The notes: generated by a model from the letters alone, not told the origin. A stretch of 42,632 nucleotides of DNA from Gammaproteobacteria bacterium (GCA_030618705.1 JAUXCW010000002.1:1-42632); one strand, 5' to 3'. Positions 18,616 through 28,195 are shown, numbered from the stretch's first letter. Made by a program: numbers and translations.

Positions 18616-20814
18616 TCAGACGAAATCCTGGGGGTCGACATCCACCGACCAGCGCAGCGAGCGAGTTTTTACATTGTGCTGCAACCAGTTTACCGCCTGT
18701 TCCAGAACCTGGTGAAGGGGCTTCCTGCGGGGGTGTTTCAATAGTAATTGCGACCGATATCGCCCTGCCCGGCGTGCCATGGGTGGGTCCAGCGGGCCAA
18801 TTATCACGGGGCCCCGGGAGCCGGGATCGATGGCCTGTCGCAGGGCCTGCAATACGCTTTGCGCCTGGTTCGGTCCGGGGGCCTCGCTACGGATCACCCC
18901 CAGGAAGCCGAAGGGCGGCAGCTGTAGCAGCTGCCGCTCGGCGAGAACCTGTTCGCTGAGCTGGCGATAGCGATCCTGGATCAGTAGCTGGAGCAGGGGA
19001 TGGTCGGGCTGGTGGGTCTGGATCATTACCAGCCCCGCCCGGTCGGCGCGCCCGGCACGCCCCGCCACCTGCATCAACATCTGGGCGGTACGTTCCGGTC
19101 CGCGGAAGTCACCGCTGCACAGGCCCGCATCGGCATCGAGCACCGCCACCAGGGTGACCCGGGGAAAGTGGTGGCCCTTGGCCAACATTTGGGTGCCGAC
19201 CAGGATGGCGGGCTCCCCGCTGTGGATGCGTTCGATGAAACCGTCCATGGCGCCCTTGCGCCGGGTGGTATCGCGGTCGATACGTAGAACGGTGGTGGAC
19301 TTGAAACGTGTCTTGAGGAAGTTTTCGGAGCGCTCGGTACCCAGGCCGACGCCCATTAACTGTGGGCTACCGCATTGAGGGCAACTGGTCGGCAGCGCGT
19401 TTTGCGCCTCGCAGTGGTGGCATTTGAGAAGCCGGGAGCCCCGGTGTACCACCATGCGGGCATCGCAATGGGTGCAGTTGGCAACCCAGCCGCAACCGTG
19501 GCAGATCAGCGCCGGAGCGAAGCCGCGGCGATTGAGGAATACCAGCACCTGGTTGCCTCCGGCGATGACAGCTTCCATCGTCTCCAGCAGCTGCGGAGAA
19601 AAGCCCTCGTTCATGACCTGGCCGCGCAGGTCCAGCAATTGGTAGGCCGGCGGCCGGGCATTGCCTGCCCGTTGATTCAACAGGACCGAGGTGTAACGGC
19701 CCTGCAAGGCGTTGTGGAGGCTCTCGGCGCCCGGGGTGGCAGAGCCCAGCACGATGGGGATACCCTCCAGCTGGGCGCGCTTCACCGCGACATCCCGGGC
19801 CGAGAAACGAAATCCTTCGTGCTGTTTATAAGAGGTGTCATGCTCTTCATCCACCACGATCAGGCCCAGGGAGCGGAATTGGGCAAAAATAGCCGAGCGG
19901 GTACCGATTACCACCCGGGCCCGTCCCTGCCGGGCCGAGCGCCATGCCTGCAAGCGCTCGGCCTCTCCCAGGCCAGAGTGCATGGCGACCACCTGGTCGG
20001 GGAAGCGTTGCCGGAAGCGGGCGATGGTCTGGGGGGTGAGGCCGATTTCCGGCACCAGTACCAGCGCCTGCCGTCCCCGCTGCAATACAGTGGCGATGGC
20101 GTTGAGATAAACCTCGGTTTTGCCGCTGCCGGTGACACCCTCCAGTAAATACGGGTGGAAGGCGTCCAGGCCCTCGCGGACAGCCAGTACGGCGGCCTGT
20201 TGCTCCGGATTGAGCGGCGGGCCGTCCTCGATGGTGGTGGAGGCGCACTCCGGCGCGACCCTTGATTCGAACTCTTCTAGCACATCTTTTTTAATCAGCG
20301 CTCGCAGGGCATCTCTGGAGAGTTGCCGATTATCCAGTTCGCCCTGGCGGATTGCGCCGTGGCCCAGGAGGTGGTCCAGCACCTCCTGCTGGCGCGGGGC
20401 CCGGCGAAACGCGTCGGGGCTCAAGCCGTTTCCCTTGTGGTTCAGGCGCCAACCGCGCTCGGATTTTTCCAGCGCCTGTTTGCCCTTGCGCAGGGATGGG
20501 GGCAGGGCATAGAACAGTGTCTCGCCCAGGGGGTGCAGGTAGTAGTTGGCGCTCCAGCGGCACAGGGTCATGATCGCGGAGTCCAGTGCCGGGGCGCTAT
20601 CGAGTACGGCCAGTGCGGGTTTGAGGCTCTGGGGGTCGAGCCTGGAATGGGCTTTAACCGCCAGCAGCAGCCCCGTCGCGGTACGGCGGCCGAAGGGAAC
20701 GCTGAGGCGTGTGCCGGGCGCAAGCCGGGAGCAGTCCAGCCCCGCTGGTGGCAAGTAATCGAAGCTTTGTCTTAGCGGCGTGGCGAGGGCGATTTCGAGT
20801 ATATAGTCAATCAT
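18616..20814 (-). CDS. priA: Primosomal protein N' (replication restart helicase PriA)
   Basis: Start at the ATG at 20814 (MIDYILEIALATPLRQSFDYL...). LEGVTGSGKTEVY Walker A, DEEHD box and the Cys-rich zinc region CHGCGWVANCTHCD...CHHCEA...CPQCGS. The listed start at 20967 is an extension. Confidence 0.95.
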   Translation of the reverse strand: MIDYILEIALATPLRQSFDYLPPAGLDCSRLAPGTRLSVPFGRRTATGLLLAVKAHSRLDPQSLKPALAVLDSAPALDSAIMTLCRWSANYYLHPLGETLFYALPPSLRKGKQALEKSERGWRLNHKGNGLSPDAFRRAPRQQEVLDHLLGHGAIRQGELDNRQLSRDALRALIKKDVLEEFESRVAPECASTTIEDGPPLNPEQQAAVLAVREGLDAFHPYLLEGVTGSGKTEVYLNAIATVLQRGRQALVLVPEIGLTPQTIARFRQRFPDQVVAMHSGLGEAERLQAWRSARQGRARVVIGTRSAIFAQFRSLGLIVVDEEHDTSYKQHEGFRFSARDVAVKRAQLEGIPIVLGSATPGAESLHNALQGRYTSVLLNQRAGNARPPAYQLLDLRGQVMNEGFSPQLLETMEAVIAGGNQVLVFLNRRGFAPALICHGCGWVANCTHCDARMVVHRGSRLLKCHHCEAQNALPTSCPQCGSPQLMGVGLGTERSENFLKTRFKSTTVLRIDRDTTRRKGAMDGFIERIHSGEPAILVGTQMLAKGHHFPRVTLVAVLDADAGLCSGDFRGPERTAQMLMQVAGRAGRADRAGLVMIQTHQPDHPLLQLLIQDRYRQLSEQVLAERQLLQLPPFGFLGVIRSEAPGPNQAQSVLQALRQAIDPGSRGPVIIGPLDPPMARRAGRYRSQLLLKHPRRKPLHQVLEQAVNWLQHNVKTRSLRWSVDVDPQDFV

Positions 20815-20883
20815 GGTGGGTCCCGTGATTCTAGCATGGCCCGGAGTTGCGGTGGTCACTTTGCGTGTGCCGAGCGGTGGTAC

Positions 20884-20911
20884 TTGCCAGCGCGGTCTTT
20901 TCTGGTATGAT
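20884..20911 (+). promoter_or_regulatory. Candidate sigma70 promoter for rpmE (TTGCCA-16 nt-TATGAT)
   Basis: -35 TTGCCA at 20884-20889, 16-nt spacer, -10 TATGAT at 20906-20911, about 95 nt upstream of the rpmE ATG. Confidence 0.4.
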
Positions 20912-21008
20912 TCGCCGTCCTCAGCGAGGACCCCAGCCCGGGGTGACCAGGATACGGTGCCGAACAAACGCTTCGGTGGCGGTATTCGCCAGAGACAAGG
21001 TATGCATC

Positions 21009-21218
21009 ATGAAGAAAGACATTCATCCGGCCTATCGTGAGATCACAGCGACTTGCAGCTGTGGCAACGCCATTGCAACGCGCTCAACCCTGCAGCAGGA
21101 TATTCATATAGAAGTCTGCTCAGCCTGCCATCCCTTCTATACCGGCAAGCAAAAGATTTCTGATACCGGTGGCCGTATCGATCGTTTCAACAAGCGATTT
21201 GGCAAGCGCTCTTCCTAA
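21009..21218 (+). CDS. rpmE: 50S ribosomal protein L31 (bL31), zinc-binding type A
   Basis: [28 protein letters not shown]...[16 protein letters not shown], with CxC...CxxC Zn ligands present. The internal ATG at 21009 of the listed ORF has AAGG 8 nt upstream. Confidence 0.96.
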   Translation: MKKDIHPAYREITATCSCGNAIATRSTLQQDIHIEVCSACHPFYTGKQKISDTGGRIDRFNKRFGKRSS

Positions 21219-21263
21219 AGATTTGCTCCCCACGTACGCCTGCTTTCAGCTGAAGCTGGCACC

Positions 21264-22124
21264 GTGAAAAAGGGCGTCCTCCTTACCCTGGTCTGGGCCT
21301 GTGGCCTGCTTTTTGCGGCCTGGCTGTTTTCCGTTGCCGGTAACAAGCCTGCCCTATTATCTCCAGGCCAGGAATTATCTCCAGCCCAACAAATATCTTC
21401 AGGCCAGCACTGTCGACAACAGGGCGCGGCCAGCGAGCTTGCCTGGCAGCGAGTACACGACGGCGATACGCTGGTGCTGGAGGATGGGCGACGGCTGCGA
21501 CTTATCGGTCTCAATGCTCCCGAGGTGTCTGCATCGGGACCGGGCGAGCCCTTCGCCGACGCGGCAACCCGGGCCGCGGTGGATTTTCTGCGAGACTCCG
21601 ATACCGTGCTTGTCCAGGCCGGGGCGGATGACAAGGATCGCTACGGTCGCCTGTTGGCACATGTCTTTCGACCCGGGGACGGCGCGAGCCTGGCGGCGGA
21701 ATTGATTTCGCAGGGCCTGGCATGGCAGATAGCCGTGCCTCCCAACCTGGCCTACATCGATTGCAACCTCGCCGCCGAGTCTACCGCAAGGGCGGCGGGG
21801 CAGGGGCTCTGGTCCGCCGGGTACCTGGCGGATAGCTACGGGAGCAAGCTGCAGCCGGGGTTTCGTGTCCTGCGTGCGCGCATCGACGGAATTACTTTCG
21901 CCAGGAGCTGGTGGCTGGATACCGACGCCGGCTTTGTCGTGCGTATCCGGCCCGCGGACCAGGTCTGGTTCGAGCGCAGCGAGGTGTCGCGCTGGCAGGG
22001 GCAGCGAGTCGAGGTGCGCGGCTGGATGTATAGCCGTGCCGGAAGCTCCGCGACGAAGCGAGGCTACCAGCCCTGGGTGATGGGCTTGCGCCACCCCTCC
22101 GGCCTGCGGCGGGCCGGCCCTTAA
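21264..22124 (+). CDS. Membrane-anchored thermonuclease (staphylococcal nuclease, SNase-like) family protein
   Basis: GTG start and an N-terminal TM helix. VHDGDTLVLEDGRRLRLIGLNAPE...DKDRYGRLLAHVF...ELISQGLAW is the SNase fold pattern. About 100-aa C-terminal extension. Confidence 0.85.
   Translation: MKKGVLLTLVWACGLLFAAWLFSVAGNKPALLSPGQELSPAQQISSGQHCRQQGAASELAWQRVHDGDTLVLEDGRRLRLIGLNAPEVSASGPGEPFADAATRAAVDFLRDSDTVLVQAGADDKDRYGRLLAHVFRPGDGASLAAELISQGLAWQIAVPPNLAYIDCNLAAESTARAAGQGLWSAGYLADSYGSKLQPGFRVLRARIDGITFARSWWLDTDAGFVVRIRPADQVWFERSEVSRWQGQRVEVRGWMYSRAGSSATKRGYQPWVMGLRHPSGLRRAGP
21354..21407 (+). repeat. 3 x 18-bp imperfect in-frame tandem repeat inside the nuclease gene
   Basis: CTATTATCTCCAGGCCAG / GAATTATCTCCAGCCCAA / CAAATATCTTCAGGCCAG encodes LLSPGQ/ELSPAQ/QISSGQ in the linker between the TM anchor and the SNase domain. 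Confidence 0.7.
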
Positions 22125-22171
22125 GAAAACCGCCTGCCCCTAAAATAGCACTGAATCAAGCGATACTGACG

Positions 22172-22339
22172 GAGGGGCCGGGGCTTCCAGAACAGGACCG
22201 TGCGCCGGTTGGCCGGGTTTGTTCCAGACAAACCCCGAGGCCCCAACGTCCATGTTGGGGACCCGGCGCCCGAGCCTACATGGACGTATTATCGGGGGGG
22301 CGCCTAGCTCGAGTCCTGAGCTGGAAGTCCCGGCTCCTT
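22172..22339 (+). ncRNA. Candidate structured RNA element (unclassified); possibly a 5' leader of the malic-enzyme gene or an independent small RNA
   Basis: A 19-bp closing helix pairs 22172-22190 with 22321-22339 (16 Watson-Crick plus 3 G.U, valid only for + strand RNA). It encloses an 8-bp hairpin (22215-22222/22228-22235) and a 10-bp perfect hairpin (22246-22255/22278-22287). No credible ORF. Confidence 0.35.
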
Positions 22340-22526
22340 GCCCAACTGCAATGTGAAAGCCTTGTCTTATCGTCTTCGCTCTTAAGGTAAGTGCCGGTTC
22401 CGCCTGCCCCCTTTTGACCGCCCTTGCCGAGCCGAATGGCTGGCGCGATTGGTGCTTGTGGGGTCTGGGGTATTTCTATATGCTGTGCCGCCTTATTTTG
22501 ATCATAGATTCCACTGGAAGACGTCC

Positions 22527-23771
22527 ATGGTTGACCACAAAAAAGCCGCGCTGGACTATCACGCCTTGCCCCGGCCGGGCAAGATTTCCATCGAGCTGAC
22601 CACCTCCGCGGAAACCCAGCGAGATCTGGCCCTGGCCTATAGCCCCGGGGTTGCTGAACCGGTGCGGGCAATTGCCGACAATCCGGAGGATGTCTACCTT
22701 TATACCGCTAAATCGAACCTGGTCGCGGTAATTACCAACGGTAGCGCCATCCTCGGTCTCGGCAACCTCGGGCCGCTGGCCAGCAAACCGGTAATGGAAG
22801 GCAAGGCCTTGCTGTTCAAGCGATTTGCCGGTATCGACGCGATAGATATTGAGGTCAATACTGATTCGGCGCAGGGTTTTATCGATACGGTGTCCAGTAT
22901 TGCGGACACCTTCGGTGGCATCAACCTGGAGGATATTTGCGCGCCGGAGTGTTTCGAAATCGAGCGCGAGCTTATCGAAATGTGCGATGTGCCGGTTTTT
23001 CATGACGACCAGCACGGCACAGCCATTGTTACCGCGGCAGGCTTGCTCAGCGCCCTGGAGGTGCAGCAAAAGACCATCGCGGATGTCAAAATCGTCTGCC
23101 TGGGGGCCGGGGCGGCGGCTATCGCCTGTATGCGCCTGCTGTCCGCTCTGGGTGCGCCGCGCGAGAATATCTATATGCTGGATCGACGCGGTGTGATTTA
23201 CACCGGCCGGGACGGTGTAAACCAGTACAAGGCGGAGTTTGCCAATGATACCCCGGCACGTAGTCTCGCCGATGCCTGTAAGGATGCGGATGTATTCATC
23301 GGGCTTTCCGGTTCCAATTTACTGAGCCCGGAGATGCTGGCGACTATGGCCCCCCGGCCCGTGGTATTTGCCTGTTCCAACCCGGATCCGGAAATTTCCC
23401 CCGAGTTGGCCTGGGAGGTCCGCAGCGATCTCATTATGGCAACCGGGCGCTCCGATTACCCCAACCAGGTCAACAATGTGTTGGGCTTTCCCTTTATCTT
23501 TCGCGGTGCACTCGACGTTCGTGCCCGGGAAATCAATGAAGAGATGAAAATCGCGGCGGTGCGGGCGCTATGTGAGCTGGTGCGCGAGCCGGTACCTCAA
23601 TCGGTACTCCAGGCCTGCGAGGAAAGCGAGCTCGCCTTTGGCGCCAGCTATATCATCCCCAAACCCATGGACTCCCGTTTGTTGGGCAGGGTCAGCACCG
23701 CAGTGGCCAGGGCTGCAATCGAGACCGGCGTGGCGCGCAAGCCGGTATTGCCCGATTATCCCCCGAGCTGA
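22527..23771 (+). CDS. NAD(P)-dependent malic enzyme (malic-enzyme domain only, no phosphotransacetylase-like domain)
   Basis: From the ATG at 22527: MVDHKKAALDYHALPRPGKISIE...TQRDLALAYSPGVAEP...LGLGNLG...KPVMEGKALLFKRFAGID...FGGINLEDI.APECF...PVFHDDQHGTAIV...RSDYPNQVNNVLGFPFIFRGALD. Collinear with the N-terminal ~410 aa of E. coli MaeB as I remember it. Confidence 0.93.
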   Translation: MVDHKKAALDYHALPRPGKISIELTTSAETQRDLALAYSPGVAEPVRAIADNPEDVYLYTAKSNLVAVITNGSAILGLGNLGPLASKPVMEGKALLFKRFAGIDAIDIEVNTDSAQGFIDTVSSIADTFGGINLEDICAPECFEIERELIEMCDVPVFHDDQHGTAIVTAAGLLSALEVQQKTIADVKIVCLGAGAAAIACMRLLSALGAPRENIYMLDRRGVIYTGRDGVNQYKAEFANDTPARSLADACKDADVFIGLSGSNLLSPEMLATMAPRPVVFACSNPDPEISPELAWEVRSDLIMATGRSDYPNQVNNVLGFPFIFRGALDVRAREINEEMKIAAVRALCELVREPVPQSVLQACEESELAFGASYIIPKPMDSRLLGRVSTAVARAAIETGVARKPVLPDYPPS

Positions 23772-23786
23772 CAGCTTAAGCTGCCC

Positions 23787-26321
23787 CTAGAACAGATCTT
23801 CTTCGAGCAGGTCGTCACCGCCGGCCGAGCCACCCAGGGTGCCCGTGTCCGGTGCCGCATATTCGGTCGGTGCCAGTTCACTGCGAAAGATCTCGAAAAT
23901 GGCATCTTCCTGGTCGGGTTGTGCCAATAGCCCGGAGGTTGGGTCGATGCGCACCATGGTCAGGCCGTCCGGCTGCTCCCACTGTCGCTCGGGGCGTCCT
24001 TGCAGCGCCAGCTCCATGTAATCCATCCAAATCGGCAGGGCGGCCGTGCCGCCGAACTCCCGCCGCCCTAGCAGCTGGTTCTGGTCAAACCCCAGCCAGG
24101 TGGTGGTAACCACATCGCGGTTGTAGCCGGAGAACCATGCGTCGGTGGGGCCGTTGGTTGTGCCGGTTTTACCTGCCAGGTCGGTTCGTCCCAGCGCCTG
24201 GGCGCGGGTCGCGGTGCCTCTTCGAATGACGTCCTTGAGCATGGAGTCGAGCAGGTAGTGAATCCGTGCGTCCATGACTCTCGGGGCCAGTACCAGGGGG
24301 ATATCCCGGGCCTCTTGCATCAGGTCTTCCAGTGGCATGCCTTGCCCATCGCCGGAGGCGTCAACCGCTTCCCGGCTGAACGACTCACCCTCGTCGGCTT
24401 GTTCCTCTTCCAGTGCCAGCTCCAGCTCCAGCTCGCTGCGCTCCTCGCATTCGGCGCAGGCCCGCGGCGGATTGGCCCGATACAATACCTCGCCGTCAAT
24501 ATCCTGTATCTCGGCCACGACATAGGGATCGACCAGAAAGCCGCCATTGGCCAGTACGGCATAGGCGCGGACCATTTCCATGGGGCTGATGGTGAGTGTT
24601 CCCAGTGCGAGGGACAGGTCGCGGGGCAGATCCTTGCTGTTGAAGCCGAATTGCTTCACATAGGAGACGGCGTTTTTCACGCCCACCGAGCGCAAGAGGC
24701 GAATGGAGACCAGGTTGCGAGACAGGTACAGCGCCTTGCGCAGGCGTGTCGGTCCATAGAATCGGCCGCTGGAGTTGACCGGTCGCCAGGTGGCCTCCAG
24801 CCGCTTGTCCTCGAATACCACCGGAGCGTCATTGATAATACTGGCTGGTGTAAAGCCGCGATCCAGCCCGGCGGCATAGAGGAAGGGTTTGAAATTGGAA
24901 CCCGGCTGACGCCTGGCCTGGGTCACCCGGTTAAACTTGCTCTGCTGGAAATCGACCCCTCCCACCATCGCGAGGATGGCGCCGTCTTCAGGCATGAGCG
25001 AAATCAGCGCGGCCTGTACCTCGGGTATCTGGCTCAGTTGCCACTTTTCGTCTTTTAGCTCGATGCGAATTATATCGCCCACGCGGAACAGCTCCGATGC
25101 GGTCTCGGGTGCCTTGCCCACACTATCGACGGAGAGTTGGGGCCTGGCCTCGCCGAGGCCGGAGTCCCAGCCCAGCGCCACGGTATCGCCGTTAGCCATC
25201 AGCAGCTCAAGGCTCTTCGGGGCAACCTCGATTACAGCGGCGGGCACCTGTAGCGCAATGGTCTGCATGTCGTCCAGGGTGGACTGCCACTCTTGCAAAG
25301 GCAGTTCTTCTTTTGTCGCCGGGGTGGGGCCCGGTAGCGGCAGTTTACTCCGGGGGCCGCGATAGCCGTGGCGCTTGTCGTAAGCCAGTAGCCCTTCCAG
25401 TACTGATTGGTTGGCCCGCGCCTGCAGCGTGCTGTCGATAGTGGTGGTGACGCGATAACCACCGCTATAGGCATTCTTGCCATAGCGCTTGATCATCTCG
25501 GAGCGGGCCATTTCGGCGACCCAGGGTGCGGACAAGCCCAGGATGCTGCCGTGCAGGCTGGCTGTTATGGGAGCCACGCTCGCTTCTTTAAGTGCGGTGG
25601 GTTCAATGAAGCCCAGTTTGTACATCCTCCCCAGAATCCAGTTGCGTCGCTCGACGGCGCGCTCCGGGTTGGCGAGCGGGTTGTATATCGAGGGCGCTTT
25701 CGGTAGCCCGGCAACCATCGCCAGTTGCGCCAGGTTCAACTGATCGATGGTTTTGCCGTAATACACCTGCGCGGCGGCGCCAATGCCGTAGGCGCGATTG
25801 CCCAGGTAGATTTTGTTGACATAGAGCTCCATGATTTCCTGTTTGCTTAATGCATGGTCAATATGCAGTGCAAGCAGTATCTCGGTAAACTTTCGGGTGA
25901 ACGTGCGCTCGCGGCTCAGGAAATAATTCTTAGCCACCTGCATGGTGATAGTAGAGCCCCCGGAACGAATACTGCCGGTAGACGCTAATTCGGTGGCGGC
26001 GCGCAACAGGCCGGTGATATCGACGCCGTGGTGTTGCAGGAACTTGTCATCCTCTGCGGCGAGAATCGCGTGGATGAAATCCGTAGGCACTTCCTCATAG
26101 GTAACCGGGGTGCGCTTTTGCTCTCCAAACTCGCCGATCAGTACGCCATCCGAAGAGTAAACCCGCAGCGGGATCTGCAGGTGTATCTCGCGCAGTGAGT
26201 CGACAGGCGGCAATTTCGGGCTAAGGTATATGTAGATGCCGGCAGCGGCAATGACGAGGCCGGCGACACCCACGGCTATAGACCAGATAAAGAATTTTAA
26301 AAGGCGTTTAGGCTTACTCAT
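23787..26321 (-). CDS. mrcA: Penicillin-binding protein 1A (bifunctional glycosyltransferase/transpeptidase)
   Basis: 844 aa with an N-terminal TM helix. GT51 motifs (AILAAEDDKFLQHHGVD, GGSTITMQVAKN, RKFTEILLAL) and transpeptidase motifs (QPGSNFKPF, KTGTTN). Confidence 0.95.
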   Translation of the reverse strand: MSKPKRLLKFFIWSIAVGVAGLVIAAAGIYIYLSPKLPPVDSLREIHLQIPLRVYSSDGVLIGEFGEQKRTPVTYEEVPTDFIHAILAAEDDKFLQHHGVDITGLLRAATELASTGSIRSGGSTITMQVAKNYFLSRERTFTRKFTEILLALHIDHALSKQEIMELYVNKIYLGNRAYGIGAAAQVYYGKTIDQLNLAQLAMVAGLPKAPSIYNPLANPERAVERRNWILGRMYKLGFIEPTALKEASVAPITASLHGSILGLSAPWVAEMARSEMIKRYGKNAYSGGYRVTTTIDSTLQARANQSVLEGLLAYDKRHGYRGPRSKLPLPGPTPATKEELPLQEWQSTLDDMQTIALQVPAAVIEVAPKSLELLMANGDTVALGWDSGLGEARPQLSVDSVGKAPETASELFRVGDIIRIELKDEKWQLSQIPEVQAALISLMPEDGAILAMVGGVDFQQSKFNRVTQARRQPGSNFKPFLYAAGLDRGFTPASIINDAPVVFEDKRLEATWRPVNSSGRFYGPTRLRKALYLSRNLVSIRLLRSVGVKNAVSYVKQFGFNSKDLPRDLSLALGTLTISPMEMVRAYAVLANGGFLVDPYVVAEIQDIDGEVLYRANPPRACAECEERSELELELALEEEQADEGESFSREAVDASGDGQGMPLEDLMQEARDIPLVLAPRVMDARIHYLLDSMLKDVIRRGTATRAQALGRTDLAGKTGTTNGPTDAWFSGYNRDVVTTTWLGFDQNQLLGRREFGGTAALPIWMDYMELALQGRPERQWEQPDGLTMVRIDPTSGLLAQPDQEDAIFEIFRSELAPTEYAAPDTGTLGGSAGGDDLLEEDLF

Positions 26322-26411
26322 AAGGCTGGTGATGTTAACAAGGGAATCGGCTCACACTTTCGCAATCAATTTCGGTCGGCGGCCATTATAAGCTTATTTT
26401 CGTCTGAGAAT

Positions 26412-26425
26412 CATTTGCGCAAATG
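26412..26425. promoter_or_regulatory. Perfect 14-bp palindrome CATTTGCGCAAATG in the mrcA/pilM divergent intergenic region (candidate operator)
   Basis: Exact dyad symmetry, about 70 nt upstream of the pilM GTG in an AT-rich 170-bp promoter region. Confidence 0.3.
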
Positions 26426-26435
26426 CTAAACCTGA

Positions 26436-27559
<1,124 letters not shown>

Positions 27560-27560
<1 letters not shown>

Positions 27561-28180
27561 TGCCAAATATCAATTTACTACCCTGGCGCGAAGAGCGTAG
27601 AAAGGAACTCAAGAACGAGTTTGTTGCGCTCCTTGGCGCCGTTGCTGTGGTTTCCCTGCTATGTGTCGGCCTGGCCTGGGTGGGGATGAATTTCTCCATC
27701 GATACCCAGCGGGATCGCAATGCCTTCCTGCAAAAGCATATTGCCGACCTGGAAGCCCAGGTCAAGGAAATCAAGGAGCTCAAGTCGCGTCGGGCGGAAC
27801 TGCTTGAACGGATGAAAATAATCCAGAACCTGCAGGGCAACCGGCCGGTTATCACCAGGGTGTTCAGCGAGCTGGTTTCTTCGATGCCCGACGGTGTTTA
27901 CTTTACCAAAATCGCCCTCAAGGGCCGTAAGCTGAATCTTGCCGGGACCGCAGAATCGAACAACCGGGTGTCAAGCCTGATGCGTAAGCTCGACAAGTCA
28001 GAATGGTTCAAGGATCCCAACCTGACCCAGGTCAAGGCGAACCCTGGTTACGGGGAGCAGGCGAGCGATTTCAGCATGTCGGTGAACCTGATGTTGCCGG
28101 GGCTCGAGGACGAGGGTAAGTCGAAGAAAAAATCCAGCAAGAAAAAGAAAAAGAACAAGAAAAAGAAGCGTAAGGCATAA
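27560..28180 (+). CDS. pilN: Type IV pilus assembly protein PilN, with atypical C-terminal poly-lysine tail
   Basis: MPNINLLPWREERRKELKNEF plus a TM helix is the canonical PilN N-terminus. The start overlaps the pilM stop (TAATG). The last 20 residues are KSKKKSSKKKKKNKKKKRKA. Confidence 0.92.
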
Positions 28181-28195
28181 AGGAGGATATGGCAC

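Noticed and set aside
22318-22337. GCTGGAAGTCCCGGCTCC resembles the conserved GGAAAGTCCGGGCTCC (P4 region) of bacterial RNase P RNA, which raised the possibility of rnpB.
   Set aside because: The surrounding ~170 nt is far too short. It lacks the other conserved RNase P regions I remember (the second P4 strand ACAGAACCCGGCTTA, the GGTAAGGGTGAAA-type J11/12 region, and others). I also saw no resemblance to the tmRNA or 4.5S RNA sequences I remember.
22276-22671. 131-aa minus-strand ORF spanning the structured intergenic element and the start of the malic-enzyme gene.
   Set aside because: Pro/Arg/Gly-rich with no motifs. It overlaps the well-supported malic-enzyme start and is better explained as non-coding structured sequence.
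23772-23783. 12-nt palindrome CAGCTTAAGCTG between the convergent malic-enzyme and mrcA stops, considered as a bidirectional terminator.
   Set aside because: It can form at most a 4-5-bp stem with a minimal loop, and there are no flanking T/A runs. That is too weak to call a terminator.
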